Of a stretch of DNA of 64,000 nucleotides, positions 38,546 to 48,691 are shown in pieces (the first letter of the stretch is position 1; each line of letters starts with the position of its first letter). The notes beneath the pieces were generated by a model. That model saw only the letters and a program-made list of their open reading frames with translations. It was not told where the DNA came from and did no database searches. Both the position numbers and the translations under genes were made by a program. Origin of the DNA: a virus; the IMG/VR virus record IMGVR_UViG_3300025168_000033, positions 1 through 64,000 of that record; one strand, 5' to 3'.

Positions 38546-40354
38546 TTAGTCAACTATTTCATATATGTTAAAAGTATCACCTCCGCCATCATGAATTTCT
38601 AATATTTGATTTATTGATTCAGATATTGCCGGATCAATATAATCCAGTAATTCTTCTACCATTTCAGAATAATCTGAAGTATCAAAAATAGAAGTTACAG
38701 TTACACATGTCATTATTGCATCGTCATTTCCAGACTGAGCTGCATAGGATCCATTTTTAGTTCGTGAAAAGGTTGTAGCTTCTTCAATAGTTTTTATTTC
38801 CTGTATTACTAATCTATTCTTTCTAATACTTTCTTTTAATGCTTGACAATAAAGTTTTTTATTTTCACCGTTTAATCTTACACCATGTGAAGTTTTTTTA
38901 GAATTTAATCTGTGTCTATATTTTACAATTATTTCTTCGTCAAATTCATTTCTTGCAGGATAAAGTGTTTGTAGATTTTTAATTAATTCAGATCCGTATG
39001 TATTATATTCCAATACAACTCGTAAATTTTCTGGTTCAAAAATTGATACACATAATTCATAAATAATCTTAGATAAATCTGGGATTGACATTACATTGCA
39101 TCTAAATATTCCAACCTGTTTTAATTGAAAGAATTCATAAATCGATCCTGGATTTGTAATTTCCTTATGATATTTAGGGTCTATAGGAACAACCTTGAAT
39201 ATGTTTAAAATAGAATAATCCAGTCCCACACCCTCAGCTAAATCAATAGACAATACAAAGAAATTTTTATTGTCCTTTAATTCATCATCTACATTAAAAT
39301 CTGGATGCCATTTTAAAAATGAATAATCTAATCCAAGATCGTCCAAATCATCAAATTCATAAAACTTAAAATGAGTTTCATGCTTTTTAAGTTTCTTTAT
39401 TTCATTAGATCCTAATAATAACGAATCCGCATTTATAAATTGACAACCATATTGCTTATTAAATTCTTCTACATCACCACCAAGATTTGAAATTTCTCTT
39501 GCTTTCCAGACTTCATCACGGCCAGGCACATCCCACCAGTCTACTTTAAATCCAACATAATCTGAATCACCATCTAGAGCATCCTGCCATAAACGCTGAA
39601 ATAAATTATAGCCGTTCGGTGTTGATGTAATAATTATTTTTGATATTTCTGATGATGATAAAGTTGGATAAACGTTACCATAAAATTCTTCTGCTATATT
39701 AGCTTCTACGTGAGCAAATTCATCTAAAAATAATAAATGAATAGTAAAACCAATACCGGCATTTTTTGTAGTATTTTGACCCATTATTCTACATTCATTA
39801 TCAAACTTCATAGACATTACATCCTTTTTGATAACTCCTGGTTTCATGAAAAATGGAAGTCCTTCAACTACAGCTCTAATCTTATCTAGAATTTCTCTAG
39901 TAGTTGCGCCTTTATTTGCAAGTAACATTACATTCTTATCAAAGTTAAAAACTAAAAACCAGGTTAAAAATATTGCTGAACAAATAGTTTTACCTACCTG
40001 TCTAGGAGCAAGACAAATATTGAATCTATTTGCCTGAAAAGATCTAAGCATATCCTCCTGATAAGGTCGTAATTCAATTTTTGTATATCCTTCGTCAGTC
40101 ATTACCTGACAATATTTATTTGCAAAATATACAATATCTCTAGCACATTTCTTTAATTCTGACATCTCCATGTCAGTATATTCATATACTATATTTCCTT
40201 TCTTATATGCACTATGCCCCTCATAAAACGGATGTGGTACTTCATATCCATTTTCAATAGCTTCTATAGTTTGTTCAACCTTTTCAGTTGTCCATACTAC
40301 CCTATTGTCCTGTTCTTCTTTTTCTGGTTTAAACTTTGGTATTTTAAAACTCAT
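38546..40354 (-). CDS. gp17: terminase large subunit
   Basis: LRPYQ, PRQVGKT, FLDEFAH, STPNG, IDLAEG and NDD. Confidence 0.97.
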   Translation of the reverse strand: MSFKIPKFKPEKEEQDNRVVWTTEKVEQTIEAIENGYEVPHPFYEGHSAYKKGNIVYEYTDMEMSELKKCARDIVYFANKYCQVMTDEGYTKIELRPYQEDMLRSFQANRFNICLAPRQVGKTICSAIFLTWFLVFNFDKNVMLLANKGATTREILDKIRAVVEGLPFFMKPGVIKKDVMSMKFDNECRIMGQNTTKNAGIGFTIHLLFLDEFAHVEANIAEEFYGNVYPTLSSSEISKIIITSTPNGYNLFQRLWQDALDGDSDYVGFKVDWWDVPGRDEVWKAREISNLGGDVEEFNKQYGCQFINADSLLLGSNEIKKLKKHETHFKFYEFDDLDDLGLDYSFLKWHPDFNVDDELKDNKNFFVLSIDLAEGVGLDYSILNIFKVVPIDPKYHKEITNPGSIYEFFQLKQVGIFRCNVMSIPDLSKIIYELCVSIFEPENLRVVLEYNTYGSELIKNLQTLYPARNEFDEEIIVKYRHRLNSKKTSHGVRLNGENKKLYCQALKESIRKNRLVIQEIKTIEEATTFSRTKNGSYAAQSGNDDAIMTCVTVTSIFDTSDYSEMVEELLDYIDPAISESINQILEIHDGGGDTFNIYEIVD

Positions 40355-40608
40355 TTAGCCTTTTTTAAAGTAATACTATCAACATTGACTTTTGAAACAT
40401 TAACTTTATCCTTCTTTGCGACCTTCTTGATTTCCATTTCGACCTTTTTGAATATCTTGTTTTTAACGCCTTCAAGTTCGCCACCAGGACCTAATAATTT
40501 TCTAGTAGCCTGTCCTTTTACGGCATTAGCTTTACGCTCTTTAGATTTTAATTTTGGTGGTCTTGCTCTTTCATTTAAGAATTCTTCGTATGATTGTAGA
40601 TTTTTCAT
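40351..40608 (-). CDS. capsid-targeted, highly basic protein
   Basis: leader MKNLQSYEEFLNE; Lys/Arg-rich. Confidence 0.75.
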   Translation of the reverse strand: MKNLQSYEEFLNERARPPKLKSKERKANAVKGQATRKLLGPGGELEGVKNKIFKKVEMEIKKVAKKDKVNVSKVNVDSITLKKAK

Positions 40609-40616
40609 ATTATATT

Positions 40617-41207
40617 TTATAGTTCAATTGATTTTATATCATATGCTGACGGACCCCAAAATAATACTTGTTCAACATCGTCACCAAAGTGATAATTTTT
40701 AATTGCATCAGTGGATTTAAATGTAATAGGATAAGATCCCCAATGCTTTGCGCCTTTTTGTAAAGTTCCGTATTTTTCTAACATATCATCATAATCAAGA
40801 CCATAGTTGTATCCAATATCTCTTTTAGGCTTATGTCGTGAAGACCAATTCATACCTAATTTAAGATAATCAGATTCACCGTAAATAAAGCCGTTTTTAA
40901 CAATATTTTGTCGAATTTTTTCTGATGATACAAAATGTACAATTAGTTTATCTGATGGATGATCTTCAGCAGGTGCATCAAAGAAATACATAGTTGGCAG
41001 TTTACTATAGTATTTTCGGTTATTAACTTTTGTAATTAGCTTAGCTGCATCAGACTCAGAATCAAGTTTTTCTTGAGGTAATATATGATCTTTGATCCAT
41101 TTTGCAAGTGACATATTGGTTCTATCAAAATGTTTCTTTAGAACATCAGTCCTTTTTCTACTAGCAGATTCATTCAAAAATTCATCGTATGACTGTAGAT
41201 TTTTCAT
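40617..41207 (-). CDS. capsid-targeted protein, possible H-type ART fold
   Basis: leader MKNLQSYDEFLNE; VHFVS, IVKNGF, YNY and EQV. Confidence 0.6.
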   Translation of the reverse strand: MKNLQSYDEFLNESASRKRTDVLKKHFDRTNMSLAKWIKDHILPQEKLDSESDAAKLITKVNNRKYYSKLPTMYFFDAPAEDHPSDKLIVHFVSSEKIRQNIVKNGFIYGESDYLKLGMNWSSRHKPKRDIGYNYGLDYDDMLEKYGTLQKGAKHWGSYPITFKSTDAIKNYHFGDDVEQVLFWGPSAYDIKSIEL

Positions 41208-41208
41208 G

Positions 41209-41580
41209 TTATTTCTTTTTTATGTCATCATGTTTAGGCTTTGGTCCTTTACCTTTTAACCAATCTGCAATATCTTTATCCGCAGTTTTATATGCAGTTC
41301 CTTTTTCTGTAAATACCGTCATTCTAGCATTACCCCATGCATTAAATGCAGCCGGCTTTCCTAGCTTTTTTATGTGTGGTCTTACAGCACCCCAGTTAGT
41401 AATTGCTGCACCATATCCTCTTAAAAATGCTGCCATTAATGCATATTCTAAATCTTTTGCATTTTTAGCTCCTAATGATTTTTGTAATTTTGGATCTTTT
41501 GAAAGTTTTTCTGCTCTTGATTCTGCTGCACTTTGCTTTGCTTCATTCAAGAATTCATCATACGATTGTAAATTTTTCAT
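41209..41580 (-). CDS. capsid-targeted protein
   Basis: leader MKNLQSYDEFLNE. Confidence 0.75.
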   Translation of the reverse strand: MKNLQSYDEFLNEAKQSAAESRAEKLSKDPKLQKSLGAKNAKDLEYALMAAFLRGYGAAITNWGAVRPHIKKLGKPAAFNAWGNARMTVFTEKGTAYKTADKDIADWLKGKGPKPKHDDIKKK

Positions 41581-42242
41581 ATTGTATATTGTGCTTTTGG
41601 TAGATTTTTTTTAGCAAATGTAATCCAGGTTTTAAGTACCTTATTTCTTTCAGTTTTAGTCATTAATTTTTGATCGATAAAATAATCAAGATATTCATTA
41701 AATACATCATTTAACGGTCGCTTTTCTGTTTTTGCTTGACGATACATTCCGTTTGCCATTGCTGGAACTTCATCCTTTAATAGAAAGTATTTATATAGAT
41801 TTCCTTTATCTCCGCTTATTTTATTTCTAATAATCGATCCAGTTATTTTAACCTTACTTGGACGTCTATTTTCACCGCCTTGAGTTAAATGTTCTATTTC
41901 ATGCCTAGCTGCATCCTGTAAAACTGCATTTAATTTTTGATAGCTTTGCGGTTCTTTAGCCGGATCCAAAGTAACAATAAATTCTATACCATTTACTGAT
42001 GGATAAGCACCAGCATCAACAATAACTCCTCGAGAATTTGATACCGCTTCACGTTTTATAAATAATTGTGCGTCATCAATAAATACCTTATCATTAAATT
42101 CACCTAAATCAAATTGTAACATTTCATGCTCTCCTTTAGGACTTGTTAATTTGATTATTGGCCAAATAGCATCTACTATTTCACCGGCAAGTTTATCATA
42201 ACTTCCTTCATTTAAGAATTGATTGTAATTTTTATATCTCAT
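41577..42242 (-). CDS. capsid-targeted zincin-like metallopeptidase
   Basis: leader MRYKNYNQFLNE; HEIEH plus downstream EVPA. Confidence 0.7.
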   Translation of the reverse strand: MRYKNYNQFLNEGSYDKLAGEIVDAIWPIIKLTSPKGEHEMLQFDLGEFNDKVFIDDAQLFIKREAVSNSRGVIVDAGAYPSVNGIEFIVTLDPAKEPQSYQKLNAVLQDAARHEIEHLTQGGENRRPSKVKITGSIIRNKISGDKGNLYKYFLLKDEVPAMANGMYRQAKTEKRPLNDVFNEYLDYFIDQKLMTKTERNKVLKTWITFAKKNLPKAQYTI

Positions 42243-42246
42243 TTAA

Positions 42247-43026
42247 TTATTTATCTTCATCAGGATCAAAATCTACATCCTGAATATCTGCCTGAATTTG
42301 TTGCATCATATTTCTATTGCCACGATTAATATGACCGTCTGTTGATTTTGCCGGAGCATCACCTGTTTCAATAGCTTCTGATGGCGAATAAATATCTATA
42401 TCATGTTTAAGCTTTTTAGCACCTTCTTCCATTGCATGTAAATGTAATGTTTGATGCTTCATAATATCTAGCATTGTTTTTTGTAATCCTCCCAGAACTT
42501 CAAACATTCTTGGATGTAATTCACCACTATCAATAGTTCTTAATAAGGTTGTAAGTGCATGTTCAGCAGTTTGCATTTGAAACATTAATGATGCTAATGT
42601 CATTTCATCGACATGAGCTTTCATTTTAATATATTCGTTAGTTTCTATGACGTCAGCACTTAAATATAATTTAAGCAATGAGTTCATTAATTTTTTCCCT
42701 TTCTTTGCTGAATTAGATTTTACTTCCAGATAATCCATTTGTGGAAGGTCAATTCTTGCAGGAAGGTCTGAATCATTAGCTGTTTCCACCGGTAATGATG
42801 ATGCTTCAGCCTGATCCAATAAATCTTTAATTGAATCTCTAGCTTCCTGTTTTGCCGGATCAACTTTATTTTCTTCTGGATTTTCCATAAGTTTTTGTTT
42901 TATATGTATTAATGCTAATTCCTGTGATTTGAATTCTATTGTTTCTAGATATGCATTATCAGGCATATCAAATAAATCTACGGCCCAGTCCTTTCCGTCT
43001 TTATATGGCTTAGAATATCTTATCAT
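42247..43026 (-). CDS. gp16: terminase small subunit-like
   Basis: HPRMFEVLGGL resembles the gp16-family HPRAYEV motif; ATG 43026 abuts the gp14 stop. Confidence 0.65.
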   Translation of the reverse strand: MIRYSKPYKDGKDWAVDLFDMPDNAYLETIEFKSQELALIHIKQKLMENPEENKVDPAKQEARDSIKDLLDQAEASSLPVETANDSDLPARIDLPQMDYLEVKSNSAKKGKKLMNSLLKLYLSADVIETNEYIKMKAHVDEMTLASLMFQMQTAEHALTTLLRTIDSGELHPRMFEVLGGLQKTMLDIMKHQTLHLHAMEEGAKKLKHDIDIYSPSEAIETGDAPAKSTDGHINRGNRNMMQQIQADIQDVDFDPDEDK

Positions 43027-43027
43027 T

Positions 43028-44797
43028 TTATCTACGACTATTTCTTGATAATCTAAGAGCTGGTAATGCATTATCTACAAGTGTAGCTTTATGACTATCA
43101 ACAACAACATATTGATTTAATATGAATGGTTGTTTTTCTTCTTCAATGCTTTCAGTAAATACTCTTAAATTTGTAAGTGAAATTTCACCACCATGCAATT
43201 CATAATATGTATTAGCTGGTTTTTGCGCACCTATTGAAATAGATTTTGTTTCACTAAATACTAATTTTAAATCTGTTGTTTGTGCTGTAGTTGGATTATT
43301 TTCATGTAAAGTCGGATTATATTTCATTTCCCATAAATATACAGATCCTTGAGAATATTTATTTGATAGATTTACAACTAACCCATACCACTTATTTGTG
43401 CTTAATGCAGTAAACGGGCCGTATGAATATGATGTAGCACCTATTGTTACATTTATTCCTGTAGTTCCTGTAGCACCAGCTCCTGTAGTATGTGCAAGAT
43501 CGATTGAAATTCCTGTAGTACCGTCAGTTCCATTTATTATTTTTGATGATGTTGCCCCAGTAGCTCCCCATACAGTTTTAGAAATATTGAACCATCCAGT
43601 ATAAGCTCTATTATCTGTAGCTTTTATGTCTACAGCTTTTTTATATTTTACAGCCAATGATCCGGTTGTAACAGTATTTAATTGATATCTGTATTTAGCT
43701 ACAATTGTCCAATAGTTATTGATGTCCTCATTATCAATTTTAAGTAATGTGCTCATCTCGGATCTAATAAAATCATATCCGCCTGTGCTAATAACATTAT
43801 ATTGTAACGGCTTTGTAACTTCTAGAAATTCATCATTGCGTTCAACACCTAATATTTCTTCAAAGTCATTAGTCAGATCTTCTACTATGGTATCAACGGC
43901 ATCTGTTCGTTTTACATTTTTTCTATCCTGCCATTTACGTAATGAAACTTTATAATAGATTCCTTCCTGCATAAAATCTTTAAAAAGATATGCGGAATTT
44001 ATTTCATACATTCTATCGGTCAATGGAAAGTATAAATAATCTCTTTCTTGTGGCCTTGCAACCTGACCGAATACAGTTTCAAATACTTCCTTTACAATAT
44101 GAATTTCAAAGTCCTGTTCAAAATCCATGTCAAGCGGTCCAAAATTTATTGCATTTTCTGGAAATTCATTATCGGGTACAACTATTTTTATTTCTTTTAC
44201 GTCAGTAACATCATATAATGAATATTCTCTAAGAATAACGTCTTTAGATCTTTGTTGTGGATCTACTTTAAAGTACTTTACACAATGTCCAAATAAATCA
44301 GAAATTCCTAATGCTAGCTGTTCCTGAAGACAGGCAGCTTTGGATGCAGTTTCATAAGGATTCCATAGATTTTTATCACATTTTATTCGTACTCCAGCAC
44401 AAAAATTTGGCTGTCCACAAGCTGTACCGACTGGCGGTAATTGAACAGTTTCAGTATTATTTAAAGTTATATTTGTTGTAATAGATTCTACTGAAAGATT
44501 TCCTATTCCAGTTCCTCCACGAGTATATCGATATTCTACCCAGATATCAGTTCCAGCAACACCTGGAATTCCATTAAATGAAGTAGCACCAGTACCAACT
44601 AATGTACTCCAAGCCGAGAATGAAATTGAATCATCCGACCATCTAAATTCTTTAGTAAAAAATTTATCTGAAGTTTCACCGACAATAACATCACTATAAG
44701 AATCTATAGATAGTACATCTAAATATGCACTATCAAATGATATAATTATTACTTCGCCTGTGGTTGTGGTATTTGTAGTACCTGAGATTGTAGGCAT
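43028..44797 (-). CDS. gp14: neck protein gp14-like with extra beta domains (C-terminal LamG-like)
   Basis: FGHCVKYF, DVILREY, PQERDYLYFP and MYEI; late promoter at 44813-44821. Confidence 0.7.
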   Translation of the reverse strand: MPTISGTTNTTTTGEVIIISFDSAYLDVLSIDSYSDVIVGETSDKFFTKEFRWSDDSISFSAWSTLVGTGATSFNGIPGVAGTDIWVEYRYTRGGTGIGNLSVESITTNITLNNTETVQLPPVGTACGQPNFCAGVRIKCDKNLWNPYETASKAACLQEQLALGISDLFGHCVKYFKVDPQQRSKDVILREYSLYDVTDVKEIKIVVPDNEFPENAINFGPLDMDFEQDFEIHIVKEVFETVFGQVARPQERDYLYFPLTDRMYEINSAYLFKDFMQEGIYYKVSLRKWQDRKNVKRTDAVDTIVEDLTNDFEEILGVERNDEFLEVTKPLQYNVISTGGYDFIRSEMSTLLKIDNEDINNYWTIVAKYRYQLNTVTTGSLAVKYKKAVDIKATDNRAYTGWFNISKTVWGATGATSSKIINGTDGTTGISIDLAHTTGAGATGTTGINVTIGATSYSYGPFTALSTNKWYGLVVNLSNKYSQGSVYLWEMKYNPTLHENNPTTAQTTDLKLVFSETKSISIGAQKPANTYYELHGGEISLTNLRVFTESIEEEKQPFILNQYVVVDSHKATLVDNALPALRLSRNSRR

Positions 44798-44838
44798 AGA
44801 TATACTTTTATTTTATATATCTACGCCTATGAATGATG

Positions 44839-45426
44839 TTATTTTTTTTGAGCTAAATAACCTTTAATTGCATCTATTGCATTATCATCGCCCATTGTAT
44901 ATCCAAGGCCAACAAATTTTCCAGTATCAACTTTTTTACCGTTTAATGATAATGTCCACGTTGTGCGTTGACCCATTTCTTTATAGTGGTCACTCCAAGC
45001 CTCACCTCCAGATACTTCAGTATACTTCCATTTATCTCTACCCCATTTAGCTTCAAAATAATAATCAGTATCATCATAATCATCTTTTGTGATTTTGATT
45101 TTATCATGCTTAGGTTTTTCTTTATTAATTTTATCGACTTTACCATATTTTTTCTCTAGGCCTTCAATATATTCAACAAGTTCTTTTTCATATTCTATTG
45201 TTAACTGCATATTAGTATCCCAACGGTTTGGCTCGTTATTCAATAAATTAATACTAAATTCAACACCACGCTGATAATATTTGTAGACTTTAAGAATTTT
45301 ATTTTTTTCTTTTTTAAAAGTAACATAAAGATCCTCATTGTAATTGGCATCTTTTAATGCTGCTAAAACTGAATTTATTTTAACAGCTTCATTTAAAAAT
45401 TCATCGTATGATTGTAGATTCCTCAT
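44839..45426 (-). CDS. capsid-targeted protein
   Basis: leader MRNLQSYDEFLNE. Confidence 0.75.
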   Translation of the reverse strand: MRNLQSYDEFLNEAVKINSVLAALKDANYNEDLYVTFKKEKNKILKVYKYYQRGVEFSINLLNNEPNRWDTNMQLTIEYEKELVEYIEGLEKKYGKVDKINKEKPKHDKIKITKDDYDDTDYYFEAKWGRDKWKYTEVSGGEAWSDHYKEMGQRTTWTLSLNGKKVDTGKFVGLGYTMGDDNAIDAIKGYLAQKK

Positions 45427-45428
45427 AA

Positions 45429-46127
45429 TTATTTTGTTACTTTTCCTACGACTTTATAGATATATCCTTTATGACCATCTCTCATTCGGGCTTCTCCTTC
45501 GTTTTTTCTTTCTGTTATTTTGAATTTTGCACTACCAAAAATATTTTTGAAATATTCCATAGCAAGCTTTACTACATGGAATCCTTCTAATTCAGTTTCT
45601 ATTTCTTTTTCGTTTTTCTTGATTTCTGAACTGGATTGTGTATCACCATGTCCTTTTTCGTAATGTATCCAGGTCAAGACAAAATCACTAATATTAAATA
45701 TATATTCTTCCTTCTTTTCATCATATTTAAACATGACGTCATTACTATTGCCATATTGATATTCCTTGTTTTTGATGCCTTCTATCATTTCAGCAATCTT
45801 TCTATCTAGGTCGATTGATTTGCCTTCTTTACCATCAGGTGACATGAAAAAAACTTTTCTTCCTTTCTTTGCTGCTATTAGCTCACCATGTTCAACCAAT
45901 GAATCCACCCATTCATATCCATATTGAGTACCTCGATTAACCTTGAAATGATTTCTAGGAAGTTCTTTTACTTTACCTGAAAGAATATCTTTTACCGATT
46001 GAATCCAGCCTTCTAAATAAGTTGATCTTTTATGATTGCTTCTTAATGCATTATAATAGTCATCCATACTGGATCTTTTATAATAGCTCTCGTTTAAAAA
46101 TTCGTCGTACGATTTAAAATTTTTCAT
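45429..46127 (-). CDS. capsid-targeted protein
   Basis: leader MKNFKSYDEFLNE. Confidence 0.75.
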   Translation of the reverse strand: MKNFKSYDEFLNESYYKRSSMDDYYNALRSNHKRSTYLEGWIQSVKDILSGKVKELPRNHFKVNRGTQYGYEWVDSLVEHGELIAAKKGRKVFFMSPDGKEGKSIDLDRKIAEMIEGIKNKEYQYGNSNDVMFKYDEKKEEYIFNISDFVLTWIHYEKGHGDTQSSSEIKKNEKEIETELEGFHVVKLAMEYFKNIFGSAKFKITERKNEGEARMRDGHKGYIYKVVGKVTK

Positions 46128-46129
46128 TT

Positions 46130-46564
46130 TTATCTATGTATTTTATTTTCTTCACCTTGAATTAATTTACCTTTTGATGTAAACACCATAGGTCCGTAAA
46201 TATCATAAGATTTGCTTGAATTAAAAACAATCTTCATGTTAGCTACTACTTTACGCATAGCTGATAATGATTCCATGAAAAGAAAGTATTTACCATTTTC
46301 TCTTCTATCATCTAACAAATTAATGTGTCCAAATCGATTTAAATCCATCCCAGCTGTTATTTCTTCTATCATGTTAGATAATTCAAACCCTTTAGGTTTT
46401 TTTACTTTATCATCTTCACTTTGACCAAAATCTTCGCGATCAATAAACACACCATAATAATCAGTAGCATTATTAACATTAAATCCTTCTAACCATGGTG
46501 AATAAATAGATTTAGGTTTTCTTGCTTCGTTTAGAAATTCATCGTATGATTGTAAATTTTTCAT
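46130..46564 (-). CDS. capsid-targeted protein
   Basis: leader MKNLQSYDEFLNE. Confidence 0.75.
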   Translation of the reverse strand: MKNLQSYDEFLNEARKPKSIYSPWLEGFNVNNATDYYGVFIDREDFGQSEDDKVKKPKGFELSNMIEEITAGMDLNRFGHINLLDDRRENGKYFLFMESLSAMRKVVANMKIVFNSSKSYDIYGPMVFTSKGKLIQGEENKIHR

Positions 46565-46573
46565 ATTATATTT

Positions 46574-47041
46574 TTATTTACGCCAGTCCCAAACACTGTC
46601 TTTGTTTTTAATTCTAGAAGAACTACCATAGTCAATTGATGTTCCTCGATTTATAAAAAGTACTTTATTATATAGCAAGGCATCACCAAAGTTAGTTCCA
46701 AAAAAATCAGACACTTGTCCATATTCTTTAGCACCTTTTTCTTTAAGAAACTTAAAAAATTTAGAAATCATTTCTAATTTTATGTTTTTATTAGGTTCAA
46801 GATTTCCTTTACGCGTTGGTTTAGGAACTATTGAATCCATTTCTTTGCTTTTTTTACCATCACCCCTTTTATACCATTGATGTTTTACTTTTTGTTCAGG
46901 AACAATAACGAATCCACTTTCTATATATGAATCATCGCTTTCATCATTAAATTCCATAGAAATAGTATAAGCTACTTTCATTAGTCTTTCTTCGACTTTA
47001 CTTTCATTCAAGAATTCATTATATGAATGTATATTTTTCAT
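46574..47041 (-). CDS. capsid-targeted protein
   Basis: leader MKNIHSYNEFLNE. Confidence 0.75.
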   Translation of the reverse strand: MKNIHSYNEFLNESKVEERLMKVAYTISMEFNDESDDSYIESGFVIVPEQKVKHQWYKRGDGKKSKEMDSIVPKPTRKGNLEPNKNIKLEMISKFFKFLKEKGAKEYGQVSDFFGTNFGDALLYNKVLFINRGTSIDYGSSSRIKNKDSVWDWRK

Positions 47042-47046
47042 GAATA

Positions 47047-47214
47047 TTATTCGATTTTTGTATTGGATTTTTTATTTTTTTTATCATCCAAAAGGCAGGT
47101 CGTCTTATTAAAAATGAAATTTTCGTTATCTCTATAATTTGGATTTCCTCCCATTATAATATACATGTCTTGAAATTTAGGAGGTATTTTTGCTTTGTTT
47201 TTTCTTTTACTCAT
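47047..47214 (-). CDS. small basic protein, 55 aa (MSKRKNKAKIPP...), absent from ORF track
   Basis: ATG 47214 to TAA 47047 fills the gap. Confidence 0.5.
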   Translation of the reverse strand: MSKRKNKAKIPPKFQDMYIIMGGNPNYRDNENFIFNKTTCLLDDKKNKKSNTKIE

Positions 47215-47252
47215 TGCTAAATCATCTCTTTTCCAGTATGTAACGGATGTAA

Positions 47253-47552
47253 TTACGAATTTAATATTTCTTCTGGCGGTTTATTATCTTTAGGTTTTTT
47301 TATTTTTTTATATGCATCAATAAATTTTCCACCGAATACATAACCACCAAATAAGGTCATTGCATATTCCAATGCATTTATTATAATTTTAAATTTGTCG
47401 ACCTGGACTTCAGACTTAAATATTCCTGCATAAAGTAATATTCCTAACGTTAAATAATATGCAGCAACAGACCACAGCAAATATACCCTACCTTGAGAGT
47501 ATTTATTATTTTCTGTTAGCATGTCCTTGAAAATATTCAAAACCTTGTTCAT
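47253..47552 (-). CDS. two-TM holin-like membrane protein
   Basis: KYSQGR then two TM helices and a basic tail; late promoter at 47575-47583. Confidence 0.55.
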   Translation of the reverse strand: MNKVLNIFKDMLTENNKYSQGRVYLLWSVAAYYLTLGILLYAGIFKSEVQVDKFKIIINALEYAMTLFGGYVFGGKFIDAYKKIKKPKDNKPPEEILNS

Positions 47553-47582
47553 TCTTTTTGCTTTAAAGTATAGATTATATAT

Positions 47583-48236
47583 CTATTCTTCTAGCATCAA
47601 AAGTATCTTAGTATTGTCTCTTTCTAGTTTTTCATCAATAACTTCCAGAATTGGAATCATTGTTTCATCGAAGTTTTCTTCAAACATACCTATTTGATCG
47701 TTATCACCAAAAATTGAAAATAATTGATCGACACTTAAGGTAACATAAGGAGTCTTGAAGATTTTAGATTTAGGAATAAAGTTTGATTTTCTTAATAGAT
47801 TTTTAATTATCTCTAGATATTCTGTATCAACGGCTTCAACAAGATTTAATTTTGCATAGCCAACAGTATATTCAAAGTTTATATTCTTTTTATTCTCGTC
47901 CAATCGCGTATAATTTCTTGTATTTGAAATTTTAACCTTGAAATACCGCAATTTAGAAAAATGAGATATCATTTGATTGATATGATAAATTGAACTGGAA
48001 TTATCAAATAATTCATTTTGCGACATGGAATTTAATTCAGCTAATTGAGTGCTAAATTTTGAATCTATTACGTTTGCCATGTCTCGCATAGAAAGATAAT
48101 AAACTGAAGGCGCGCCAGGCAAATTAAACATTGCTGATGAATTTTTAAGAGCCGCTATAAGTTTATTATCACGCCAGTTATGACGATACAAAATTATTTC
48201 TATGACTATTGGATGTACGTGATTAATTTTTATCAT
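47583..48236 (-). CDS. hypothetical protein
   Basis: ORF track. Confidence 0.65.
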   Translation of the reverse strand: MIKINHVHPIVIEIILYRHNWRDNKLIAALKNSSAMFNLPGAPSVYYLSMRDMANVIDSKFSTQLAELNSMSQNELFDNSSSIYHINQMISHFSKLRYFKVKISNTRNYTRLDENKKNINFEYTVGYAKLNLVEAVDTEYLEIIKNLLRKSNFIPKSKIFKTPYVTLSVDQLFSIFGDNDQIGMFEENFDETMIPILEVIDEKLERDNTKILLMLEE

Positions 48237-48660
48237 AAACCGCTAATTGTTGATCGATCATTTTAAGGTAATTATTTATCTCTACAGGAAATAATCTATT
48301 AGCTTCAAGAAATTGATCTTTGGAAATTTGATTTTTTTCAATATAGAATTCTATTGCTGCATCAGTAGGTTTGTATTTTAATTTCTTAACTGTTATTTTA
48401 TCAGCCTTATTCATTTTTGTATACAACCAACCTGGTGAACGTTTTAATTGTTTTGCTATAGTTCGCCAGGTTTCAATAGTGGAAAGTGGATTCATGCCAT
48501 TGACATTCATATATTGAGCCTGAATAGGAAATTGAATAGCCATCATACGATTTAACATAAATGCATGTTTTGACTTATCATGATTTTTATGTGATCGCCA
48601 TTGAATATCCGAGTCAGTAAAAATCTTAGTCATTATGCCATTCTTTCCAAATAAATCCAT
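48223..48660 (-). CDS. gp62: clamp loader small subunit-like
   Basis: FMLNRMMA...MN; near gp44; promoter TGAAAC-N18-TAAAAT at 48665-48694. Confidence 0.55.
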   Translation of the reverse strand: MDLFGKNGIMTKIFTDSDIQWRSHKNHDKSKHAFMLNRMMAIQFPIQAQYMNVNGMNPLSTIETWRTIAKQLKRSPGWLYTKMNKADKITVKKLKYKPTDAAIEFYIEKNQISKDQFLEANRLFPVEINNYLKMIDQQLAVYDKN

Positions 48661-48691
48661 AGTTATTTTATTATTGTAATTCTAATTTGTT

